Shown: positions 52,962-64,000 of the stretch, one piece after another
Layout: each line of letters starts with the position of its first letter
How positions within the stretch are numbered: the stretch's first letter is position 1
NCBI GenBank assembly: GCA_051362555.1
Contig: CM120646.1
Location: 23,250,001-23,314,000, forward strand
Direction of reading: 5' to 3'
DNA: 64,000 bases
Source: Lingula anatina
Taxonomy: Eukaryota > Animalia > Brachiopoda
Notes under the pieces: generated by a model
What the model was told of the DNA's origin: nothing
The model's database searches: none
What the model saw: only the letters and a program-made list of their open reading frames with translations
Made by a program: the position numbers and the translations under genes

Positions 52962-53756
52962 CTATAGTACTTTTCCGTAAATATTCGCCCCCTCCATATT
53001 ATTGCTTGTTTCCCATGAAAAACCATTTATAATCATTTCACTTTTGCTTAAAGCGCCATCTCCATCACCATCTATTTCATATAAAATATCTGGAGAATAC
53101 CGACCGCGAAATATCTTCAGGAATCTGATAAACTCATCTTGGTCAAGGTTGCCATTCCCTTCTTCATCCACCAGCTCAAAAAATGTCACGTACCATTTGC
53201 TTAATGCATCCAGGTAATTTGCAGTTACAGTTTTTGCCTTGATTTGAGCCTTGTTAAAGATAATGTCACCTATTGAAACAAATTCTTGGTTTTCGTCATG
53301 CGTCAACCCCTTCCACCACCCGTTCCATGTTTCCTGCAAATAAGCTTTGATTTTTCTCCTCCTTCTTGGTGGACTTTGTTATTGCTCTTACTCTGACTGC
53401 AGTCATATTAACGAATTCATATTCAGTCATCTTTCCATCCCCCTTTACATCCATCTGATCAATGAACGCCGGCCATTTGATTGCCCAAATGTCACGTGAC
53501 GGATGAACATCGTCAGACAGCTAAAGGAATCAAAATATCACTTTGAGTTATTTTACATAACGCTAACTACATTATAATAAAAATTGACGATTGGATTACG
53601 CTCAATTACTTTAATAATTCTTCTCAAACGTGTGTAACTCTACAAAGTGACAGCATAGATAATGCTTTATACCTTTTTACCCCGTGTCACCAGCGTGGAA
53701 CCACTGTCACTCATCAACATGACAGCAAAACCAATTGTCAATAGACTGAAGAACAT
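52962..53756 (-). pseudogene. SCP-like copy 7: +1 frameshift in a short A run (or a sequencing error)
   Basis: Exons 53756-53673 (MFFSLLTIGFAVMLMSDSGSTLVTRVKK) and 53520-52962 (559 bp vs 558 expected). There is an extra base at ~53350-53354; the frame is open on both sides. Exon-1 donor at 54719. Confidence 0.75.
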
Positions 53757-55742
53757 GATGGTTGGGTCCAGTTATCTTATAGTCGCAATTCACCCAGATC
53801 TGAAACATAATGATGATATGGAGAAAACGTGCTAGAAGTCATTATCTAGTGGCAACATATCTTGTGAGACAGACAAGTATGCAGCCGGTATCAAGGACAT
53901 AGTTGAATGAAGAAAAATGCACAAATAATACGATAGACAAAGAGGTACTAAAACATACAAATGTGAAAAATATAATCTCCAGTAACAGGGAATAACCTTA
54001 TGAGTGTTTTACCTATGCATCAGTTTTGTTGAGAAGTATTCCATAGGTTAAATTATTCCATGTGATTTGATAAAATGTGAATGTTTGGTTCACATGTCCC
54101 ATAACATTTATATAGAATTTGTGTCTTATCTCAAATTCCTTTCAACAGGGCAATTAGTTTTCCGTTTTGATATTTTTTATTAGTAAATGGTTTTGTTTGG
54201 CATTTTGTGTGTCGAAATTGTTGGTGTTAAGGGTTATTCACTAAAAAAATCATTAGTGTTCATTTCAGTAAAAAGAATGAATTGATGGCACTGATTATAT
54301 GAGATGTTTTATCCGCTCGCAACTAATTTTTGCATTTTATTATCATATGTTGCAGTAATAATGAGTATTATTCTGAGTCTGTTGCTTCAATGGTAAATTT
54401 TAAACGCATTATGAAACGAAGTGGTAACTTGTAAGAGAAACTTTATATAATTCGGCCGCAGGGCGCATGAATACTCTTCTTGCAATAAATTATCAATTAA
54501 AGTAGACTTAAAGACGTCTCTAAGAACGGTTCATTAAAATGAGCAGGCGTTATGAGCCCAATAGAATAATTTGTATTGATCTGTGTTTCAGATAAACAGA
54601 CTCTTTTTTTCAATCGTCACTGCATATATTTAACCGGCACAATCTTCAAATACATTATACTCAATATATATACCCTAAATCAAAAGAAGCTGTAAAGTTC
54701 AGAAAAAAATCAATTTACCGTGCGGTTCCAAACGCCCCGTATGTCTCCTGACGACGTTGATCAGCACAGGCAGAAATGGAATTATTGCCGATTTGACTTG
54801 GCTGAAAAGGGCACCTGTACATTAGAGAAAGTGGCATGTTAATGCAGCGATAAGCCGGTACATAAACGTGTTGGATTTTTTTTTGCAGAAAACCTGTAGG
54901 CCCGCCCCCATTCGCTTCCAAAATATGTTTTTCTTATCTTTTATATTTAAAATAATGGGTTCAAATACTTTTGAAGGGGAAAATTGAAATTTACTTGAAT
55001 ATTGAATTTTATTTGCAATAGATATTTGTAAAGAATGGAAAGCAATTAAATTTTTTAAGGCATTTACAAGAAATAATTGTGATCAACGTGGTAAATCTTA
55101 ACAATACATTCGTTTTCTGCCCTTTTTTTCTATTATATGTATACTATGTTGCATTAAAATAGGTGACAACAAATTATGCTTACAGTGCCGAATATATATG
55201 TAAAAACCTGGGTACCTAAATGTATTTTTTCACATATTGAATGTTTCTGCCTCGTGCCATTATCCCATTAGTTAAAAGGCAGACCATGCGGGTAGTGGGA
55301 TTTTATAACCCATTCGCATTCTGTGGTATTGTGAGGCAAAGCAAAACAGATTTTTTGAACAATGCTTTTTTAATCTAACATTTGCATGGCGGTGGAATGT
55401 AAGAAAAAATCACTTTTTTCTCCTTTTTTTATAAAACATATTTACTGTTATCCCGAAAGCCAACACTTTTTGTATGGGAAACAGATGTCGTGTACAGAAT
55501 TGGATCTATAACCAACGGTAAAACATGCAATAACCAGTCTTATAACATGCAACACCCACATTATGTTGAATACCAAAACAGATGTCGTGAACAATGACAT
55601 TTCTATCCAACATTTAGATAGATGAAGGATGAATGTAAAAAATCACTTTCCTTTTTTTATTAAACATACGGCATTAACTTTTAGCTCTAGACATCATATT
55701 TAGACTAATGAAGATAACCAAGAGCATATAGTTAATGTAATA

Positions 55743-56608
55743 TTACAATATTTTCCCGAATAAATCCGCCCCCTCCATACTGTTGGCCGTCACCCAGGCC
55801 AACCCCTGGTGACCATTTCGCTTTTGCTTATAGTGCCGTCGCTGTTAGTATCTATTTCAGAAAAGATGTCCGGAGAAAATGGAGCGTGGAATACTTTCAG
55901 ATAAACGCCATACTCATCAGCTTCAAGAGAGTCGTTTTCGTTTGCATCCACCAGCTCGAAGAACGTGAGAAACCATTTGCTTTGCATCTTCAAGTTATTC
56001 ACATCAACCATTTTCGCTTTGGTTCTTGCTTCGGTTGCAATAAAGTCATCTGCTGAAATGCTTTTTAAGTTGTCGTCATTCATGAGGCTTTTCCACCAGG
56101 TTTCCCAATTTTCCAGCAAGAACGCTTTGATTTTATTTTCTTTCTCGGTTGACTTCGTTATTGCTCCTACCCTCGCTGCCGTCATATTGACGAATTCGTT
56201 TTTATCCATCTTTCCATCACCATTTACGTCCATACGCTCAATGTGTTATCTCCATTTGGCTGCCCACAAATCTTCTGACACCTGGAGGAGCATAACTTTA
56301 CTTGAATTCACTCCACTTTGACTTTACACATTTTTTACAATTTGACATTTATGTTCTTTATTATCATCAATGTATTTTCTCCAATTGCAATCATTTTTTG
56401 TCACTTTCAACATATGTCTAAATATTGTAGTTGTTCTCTAAAAGATAGAAGTAAACAAGAACAAACTGTGTTATGGTTTAGTTAAAACTAGTTTTCGATT
56501 GTAAACACGAAGCATATTTACCTTTTTATCCCGTAAAACCGACGTGGAACCACTCTCATTCATCAACATGCCAACAAAACCTATTGCTAACAGACTGAGG
56601 ACCATCAT
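55743..56608 (-). pseudogene. SCP-like copy 8: premature stop plus a 3' frameshift
   Basis: Exons 56608-56522 (MMVLSLLAIGFVGMLMNESGSTSVLRDKK) and ~56281-55743. In-frame TAA at 56246-56248 (AAKWR*HIERMD), and a 1-nt deletion at ~55805 puts the GADLFGKIL tail out of frame. Exon-1 donor at 57162. Confidence 0.85.
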
Positions 56609-58580
56609 GGTGGGGTATTTGCCTTTTACAGCCCGTATGTCCTGATATCTGAAAGAGACATATACAGTAGCATGGCTGTTAAATATATCGATCATATCAA
56701 ATAATCAAATGCATAATGCCACGGTGGATAATGCCCAAAAGTGACAATTCCATTTAATTGAGAAAGGCATAACATGCATTTGACTTCCTTTGGTCCCCAA
56801 ACCATAAACTCACGACAGACGCATTATCATTATTGTGTTTTAACATTGAATATATCAAAATACTGTGAAACCCTGATACCGGAACATACTTAGCAACTTT
56901 CCGACAACTGAGACGTTTCGCTAGTTAATGATCTGGATGGGCTGGTACCTGATCCATTCTCTTTCGACTAGGAATAGTCCCAGTATAAGGGATATGCGTA
57001 CGAACGTTCTCATTCTAATTCTACTCGATGACTCAACACATTTACTTTTGCATAAATCCGTTGTTTAAGTGTTCGTGCTATCCAGTGCTTATGGGATCAA
57101 CAAAACAAGCGAATAGCGCCCTAATACATTTAAGATGGAAAACTGAAACATTTCGACTTACCTTGCGGTTCGAAACAATCCTGTGTATTCTTTAGACGCC
57201 GCTGATTATAGCACACCAATAAGTGAAAGGTAGCCTACTACATATTATGACGACGAGACGCTCCCTTTTCTTGAGGGCCATTAGCATAATAAAGACGTCT
57301 GGTGTTGATCAGAATTAGCGTGTTGTTCCACTTTTTAACATACTGGTATCTACATTGACTTAACAACCATTATACAATGATTGTGTATCGGAAATTGCTG
57401 TCAGGTCGAAATATTGATATGTAATATTAAATGGACAGTAACTATGGTTTATGAATACGGAACAATAACCCCTCAATTAACCTTTCTGCTGCTCATCCAG
57501 CGTTAAAAGGGTTGATAGGGGTGGGGTAGATTAAGTACACCAGACAGTCAAATTAGATGTTTTCCAACAGGGGCTTATACCCTTTTTTTTGTATACTGTT
57601 TTAGGAGGCTCTGGTATCAGAAGGTACCCATATTGTAAGAAACAGCAGATCAGATGTCTTGAACATAATTCTGTCACCAGCAATACAAAAAAGTCCGAAT
57701 GTTTTGCCGCATGGAAAGGTACTAAAGCGCTAATCAAATGTTGTTATTAATCATCAATTACCCAGTGTTTACATTAAACCTAGGCAAAAGGTAAATCCAT
57801 GCTTCAGAAAGCTTTAAACCTCCAATACCTCGCCATGCAAACTTATCAATGTGGTCCTGCGTGTGTACTTTTTTCATCTAAACTTTGTGTGTATTATGCA
57901 CAGACTTGACATTTAATATGGAATATATTTTCTAAACAGTTTTACATCAGTTTTTTCCCTATTTCACTGACTGATAAATGAAAATAAGGATGAAAACCGT
58001 GTTTCATTAACTATAAAAATGATTTAAAAGGCAGTAAGTATCAATGTGTTTTTCTGTTTGTTTGCCTGTCTCCTGCATGTGTCCGTCTTTATGTTTGTGT
58101 ATTCTGCTGTAAAGTTAGTAAGTGACATGAGTCAATAAGGAGCGGGGGTGTTTTATAGAGTAACTTTAGTTGATTGACATGCTCTTGTGATATTTATACA
58201 ACTGCACATAATGTAAACGGAGGAGAAGGCCGATAAAGATTGCATGAGGTAGAAATAGAAATGAAGAGAGCGGCGCGGGTAACAACTGGACAGTAGTTAA
58301 ATAAATAATAAGGAAGATAATACCTGAGTTGTATTTGCTACCTGGCGTGACATCAGCAGTAAGATAAAGACAACGACTTCGTCACACTGCGACTAAGCAG
58401 TTTACTAAAGCAGCAATTGTATTTTTGCTAAAAAAAAATTGATAAAACATGGTATTTAATACTTAAAAATCTATTTCATTTTGGGAGTGAAGAGACCTCG
58501 ACTGTTTTTTCTGATTTGTAAAACCAATACCAATATTATTGCTTTATGTAGCCCGTTCCAACAAAATGGGAGACGTGGAA

Positions 58581-59563
58581 TTACTGTATTTTCCCGTAAA
58601 AGTCCGCCCCCTCTCCACTGTTGTCTATCACCCAGGCTAACTCCTTTATTATCATTTCACTTTTGCTTATAGCGCCGTCGCTGTTGGTATCTACCTCAGA
58701 GAAAAGAGCAGAGGAAAATGGGACGCGGAATATCGTCAGAAAATTTGCATGCTCTGTTTTGTTCAGATAGTCATTCCCATCTGCATCTACCAACTCAAAA
58801 AACATCAACGGCCATTTGACTTCTATGACCAAATGTTGCATATCAACCATTTTCGCTCTGGTTTTAGCCTCGGTTGAAATAAAGTCATCTGCTGAAATGC
58901 TTTCTCCGTTTTTGTCATCCATAAAACTTTTCACCCATTTGTCCCATGCATCATGTAAAAACACTTTTATTTTCTCCTCTTTCTCGGTGGACTTCGTTAT
59001 TGCTCCCACTCTTGCTGCCGTCATATTAACGTACTCATATTCATCCATCTTTCCATCTCCGTTAACATCCATGCGGTCAATTACTGCTGCCCATTTGATT
59101 GCCCAAATATCAAGTGACGGATTGTCATCGTTAGAAAGCTAAAATTAACAAAAACAATGTGTCAGAACTTTTTTTCATGGTGACTTATTTGGTAAAATTA
59201 AATGTAGGTTTATCTTCTGGATTTACATCCCAGGAATGAACCAAAACAAAATCAGATGTTCCGTTTGTCTACCAACAAATATTGCATACCTCCTTTGATC
59301 TGGTATCATAATTACCCTGCCAAATGCTATCAAATTTTTAAGACGGCTTTCATAACACTGGCATTGCCATGTATCTGACAACATGAACATCACTAATGTG
59401 ATATATGAGTACGGGTACTCAAACGAGACGTCTTTTTATACCACAGTCAAATACATGTAAGGTATGTGATAAACTATACCTTTTCACCTCGTATAGCCAG
59501 AGTGGAAACTCCATCACTCATCAACGTGGCAGAAAAACATACTGTCACTAGACTGAAGAGCAT
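58581..59563 (-). CDS. Secreted SCP-like EF-hand protein, copy 9 (213 aa, intact)
   Basis: Exons 59563-59480 (MLFSLVTVCFSATLMSDGVSTLAIRGEK) and 59138-58581 (LSNDDNPSLDIWAIKW..FYGKIQ*); probable exon-1 donor at 61142. Confidence 0.85.
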
Positions 59564-59660
59564 GATGAGTGGGTGTTGTTCTCCTGAAATCCCCTGGAAT
59601 AGTAATAACATTTAAAGTTACATATGGAGTCAAATATTTGGCTCTAAACGTCATTATGAT

Positions 59661-59830
59661 TATCTCCGCCAAGGAGGTTGCTTTCATACCCGTTCGTCTG
59701 TTAGTCTTTCTGTCATCAACATATCTCAAAAAGTTTTGGAGCGATTTTGATGGAATTTTCAGGGTAGGTCAGAAGTGGGCCAAGGAATAGATGATTAGCT
59801 TTTGCTGGTGATCTTTATCACTAATCAATC
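59661..59830 (+). mobile_element. 5' fragment of the Helentron-like family seen at 23240-23770
   Basis: tatctccgccaaggaggtt...gattttgatggaattttcagg...gtgggccaaggaa.agatg.ttag.ttttg.tggtgatc matches that copy. Confidence 0.75.
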
Positions 59831-60807
59831 AATAAGACGCTTTGTTGATAAGTGATAAATAAATAAAATACACATCAGTGCTATTTTTACAGGCAGCGCT
59901 ACCATAATCAAACGTCTAACCTGTATGTATGGTGTGATTGAACAGACACCATTGACAGAAGTATGTCCTATTCCATCAAAACAACAAATGCTTACCCGCA
60001 TTGTATAAGTTAAACAGGTGTGGTAAACAAAACACCTCTTTGTGCCATCGACATGGAAACTAAAGGGAAGAGATTGCAAAATAGCTTTGTGACTTTGAAT
60101 CAACTTCCCATCTTCTCAGCTAGAATGTGGGCCTCGTTTATGTCGATGAGTCTCCGGCCTTGCTTCCAATATGCCCTGTATGTATTTAATCTACCTATAG
60201 TATACATTCACTATACCTACACTTCACCTGTTTTCCCCGACCTATTAAGTCATTTTAAAGAAAATGTTTTATTAGATATCCAGACTGTACCCTATGTATT
60301 GAAAAAGAAAAAAAAAATACATGGTCGTTATAGGAGTTTGTTTTGCAATAAAATACAGCTTGCAATCATTAATGGTAATTATTAATGTTATCATTTGGGG
60401 TGAAATACGTGATACAATGAAAATAATTGTTTGGCCGCCAGTTGTAGCAGGGTCAGACCTGGGCACAAAAGTATATCATAATAAATATCAGTGCTACTTG
60501 CAGCATCATGTCACCTCCGAATCCCCTCATAAAATGACCAGCGAATCTCATCTTTCCCCTAACCAGTTCGTCTACCCATGTTTTGGTCGCTCCCATTCTT
60601 CAGTTATACTCATTTAAAAAGCGGTAATTGAGTAGTACGTGTATGCACAATTAACCTGTATCCTCCTATTATTCTTTCGCGGAATATTAAAATATAAATA
60701 ATAATATACGTCAATATTTCAGTGATAGAAAACACTGAATTTTAAAGAGATTGTGTATCCTAGCCGTCCTATTCCGAAGTCTTCAACACAGACGCATCAT
60801 TTGCTTA

Positions 60808-61030
60808 TACCCCCTTTACACTGGACGGCGTCCTTTCTGCGTCCTCTCTGCGACCATGACATTTGGCATCGCTGTGGTCTTAATAAGGGGGCACGAGCAT
60901 TAATTTTGTATCAGAATGAATGCTCAATGATCGGCCAGTTGTCGGCACGTAAAATATTATAAATTTTAAACTCTCAAATGGGGCCGTACTGCTGGACGCA
61001 GAAAGGACGCCGTCCAGTGTAAAGGGGGCT
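60808..61030. mobile_element. Tourist/PIF-Harbinger-type MITE, inverted sister of 47779-48000
   Basis: Same TIRs and interior in reverse complement; TTA TSD. Confidence 0.9.
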
Positions 61031-63190
61031 TTACTGGTAACTGTACTAGTGTATCAAATAACACAATACTTAAGTATATAATAGTATTGCACTAATGAGT
61101 AATATATAGAAACTATTGAAACTTGAACTATTTTGATTTACCCTACCTTTGTGTCCTTGTGTTTTCTTCCGAGAACGTCAATCACCACACGATTATGTGA
61201 AATGTTAGGCAATAATTTTAACGCCGTGGAGTTGTTATCGTTTTATAAGGGCCATTAACATAATAAAGGCGATAGGGGTAAACCCGTCGTTGCATTCTGC
61301 CAGTTTTATCACACCTATTAAATGACACAAACAGTCAATCTTATCAGTGTTAGACTGTAGGTGACAGAGAGAAAAAAATATTACAAAAACATTATCATAC
61401 ATTATATTTGAACAGTGGATTAGATAAATGAATATCAATAGAGAACCGTTACGTTAAATGTCTTGATAAACGGCTTAACAACTGCGCTCCTTTATTTGTC
61501 TGTATGCCTGTCCGTCCGTCTGTCTGTTTCTCTGTCTGTCTGTGTGTCTGTTAGTTGTTATATAATTTATATGATGCGCAAACTAAGTTATCACTGAAGT
61601 AGCAAGTAATAGTGTACTCGGTGCCAATCTGATTTACACAGGCACACTTAAACCGTGTGCTAACATTCTTCACGAATTGTTGCGTGAACTTATTCTACAC
61701 ATTATGTTGGAACAAAACTGAATATAAGTCTACTTTTATACAGCGTATAGTCATTGTGCAATAGTGAAAGTCTAACATACATCGATGCCAAGTACACGAC
61801 GGCTATTTAGCCGTTTAAAGCTGTCTGATGGTTGATAGTATATTTAATGTTAATTACAGCAGCATTTTTAACCGTGATGGGGAGTTGATGTCATGGCCCT
61901 ACTCCAGTAAGTGTATGAATATCAAATAGTACATACTCCACAATTCCAATTGCAATATTCCGTGTGTCCATATTCTACACGTATTGAATATCAATATGCG
62001 CACACTTATTCCACAAAACTCAAGTGGCATCTAAACCAACGGTACGTTGATAACTGAGAGTCTACCCACACTGTCTAGAAACGTAAAAAGATGTTGTTTA
62101 CAGAAAGTAACAAGCAGTACAACAAACTGTACATACCCTAATGCATTCCCGTATTGTAAGACAAGGTAAGACAGAAGTTGCAAACAATAAAAACATTCCC
62201 GTACAGGCTGAAGAAAATAAATTTAAGTTTTCATAAAGGCTTGGTGATTTCTTATCCTGCTACTAACATTTGGCTGCGGTTTTTATTTATGTATACGTAA
62301 GGTACTACCAGTATTTGTTTTTGTTTCTTATTTCGACATACGATGTAGGTTTGGTTTACTTATCTGTACTTATTACCCGGGTCCTTTTTAAAAGCATTCA
62401 CAAAACAAGGCCGCTTTTATTAAATAGCCCGACTATCCTAAGTATTTTAACAATTTTGTCAATGTAACAAATTGTTCCTTGTATTAAATGTTATGGCCTT
62501 CGGGATGAAAAAAATATATAAAATATTCTATAAGAAATCTCATGCTAAAATTATATTTTGACGAGTCATCAGAAGTTCTCTACAAACAATTTTGCTCAAA
62601 TTTCGTTTGTGGGGTATGCAAGGAGTAGCTTGAATAACTCAAACAATCCGATATATTATTTCTTGACAACAGCGGTACGCCATTGTCTAAGAAATGGTCA
62701 CTTTCAATTTATGTTAGCCCAAGGGGGTTTTGGGCGCCCAAGCAGTAAGAATGTTGAGTTCATTTTGATGGAAAATAGGACCCCCTTCAAATAATCCTGG
62801 ATTCGCCCCTGCTTACTGTCCGTCAAGCCAAGACCAAATGAAATGGCGGAGGTAGTGCAGGTCCTCTGGACTGGTAAGCCTTTTGTGAAAAAAAAGGGTA
62901 TAAAAGTACATCACATGTAAAGACCGATCGTTGGAAATAAATTACTTAGTTTGAACCTGAAGTCAGCACATTCCCTGTAGTGAGGGTCCTCGCATTTTCA
63001 GCATTTCCAAATTTTTCCTAAGGTCTGTTTTTATTAAAAATCATAAATGGTTTAAGCTGAGTTAACTTCGAAACAATTATTTGATATTTGCAGTAAAACA
63101 AAAGACGCAAGTTGTGCTCTGCTTATATCCGTTTTTTATTATTATTTAATTGGGGACATCGAAGCCTGGGAATTATATGGAAACATGGCA

Positions 63191-63748
63191 TTATACGATT
63201 TTTCCGTACATATCCACACTCTTAAAATTGTTGGATTTCACCCAAGATAAATTATTTGTAATCATTTCAATTTTGCTTAAAGCTCCGTTGCTGTCGGTAT
63301 CAATTTCAGAAAAAATGTTCGAATAAAACGAAGTACGAAAAATCTTGAGAAAATTGGCATACTCTGTCTTGTTTAGAGAGTCATTTTCATCTGCATCTAC
63401 CACCTCAAAGAACGTGAGGATCCATTTGACTTCAATAACCATGTGATCATTGTCTTCCATTTTCTCTCTAGTTTCACTCTCGGTTGAGATAAAGTCGTCT
63501 GCTGAAATGCTTTCTAAATGTTTGTCATTCATAAAACCCTCCCACCATTCCACCCAGTTTTCCTCCAAGAAAGCTTTAATTTTGTCCTCCTTCTCTTTGG
63601 ACTGCGTTATTGCTCAAACTCTGGCTGCAGTCATATTCATGAATTCGTTTTTATCCAGCTTTCCATCTCCGTTTACGTCCATGTGCCCAATGTAGGTTCC
63701 CCATTTAATTGCCCATATGTCACGTGGCATATCGACATCGCCAGAGAC
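63191..63748 (-). pseudogene. SCP-like copy 10, main exon with a single premature stop; signal-peptide exon lies outside the window
   Basis: 558-bp exon after gtttAG (VSGDVDMPRDIWAIKW..MYGKIV*). The conserved Gly codon of ARVGAIT reads TGA at 63614-63616. Confidence 0.8.
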
Positions 63749-64000
63749 CTAAACGAGACGAAACTAACAATAAGTTTATTTTTTTCAGTCAGGAAACTGC
63801 TTCATATGGAATACAATTGGTTCACCCGCTCAAATAACATGTTTAACAAGACTTTACAAATCAAGCAAATTTTCATTGCGTGAAAAGATAAATTCCATTT
63901 TAATGTAATAATCTATTCATTAACGTTTGTAATAACTTTATCGGCGGTTTAAATGACATAGCTGTTAGCACGCATCTTTGCATGCCATTATGTATAACAC

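Noticed and set aside
63614-63616. In-frame TGA as possible selenocysteine
   Set aside because: It aligns to a conserved Gly (GGA>TGA), not Cys, and no SECIS element was recognised.
32477-63748. Calling the array calmodulin, aequorin or a named luciferase
   Set aside because: Degenerate EF2, spacing and leader peptides do not fit calmodulin; the photoprotein triad is incomplete, so no gene symbol is justified.

Overview
AT-rich genomic DNA from an invertebrate animal (GT-AG introns, microsatellites, many eroded transposons; taxon cannot be fixed from sequence alone). Left half (1-31 kb): a minus-strand gene whose first coding exon encodes a DZIP3-like HEPN domain with an intact R-x5-H motif followed by ~9.5 near-identical 25-aa coiled-coil repeats, a decayed paralog at ~13.2-13.8 kb, and a transposon graveyard (BEL/Pao, LINE, Crypton-like, DIRS/Ngaro-like, PIF/Harbinger, solo LTR, Helentron-like, EnSpm-like, Ginger-like), often nested and with readable target-site duplications. 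Right half (31.7-64 kb): a head-to-tail minus-strand array of at least 11 paralogous genes (6 intact, 5 disrupted), each with a non-coding exon 1, a 27-29 codon signal-peptide exon and one ~550 bp exon encoding an EF-hand protein of the sarcoplasmic calcium-binding protein (SCP)/aequorin fold (EF1, EF3, EF4 canonical-like, EF2 degenerate). Characterised SCPs and Ca2+-regulated photoproteins are intracellular, so an expanded, diversifying, apparently secreted SCP/photoprotein-fold family is the most notable feature. The ORF track misses the signal-peptide exons and the N-termini. All family assignments come from motif recognition by eye, not database searches.
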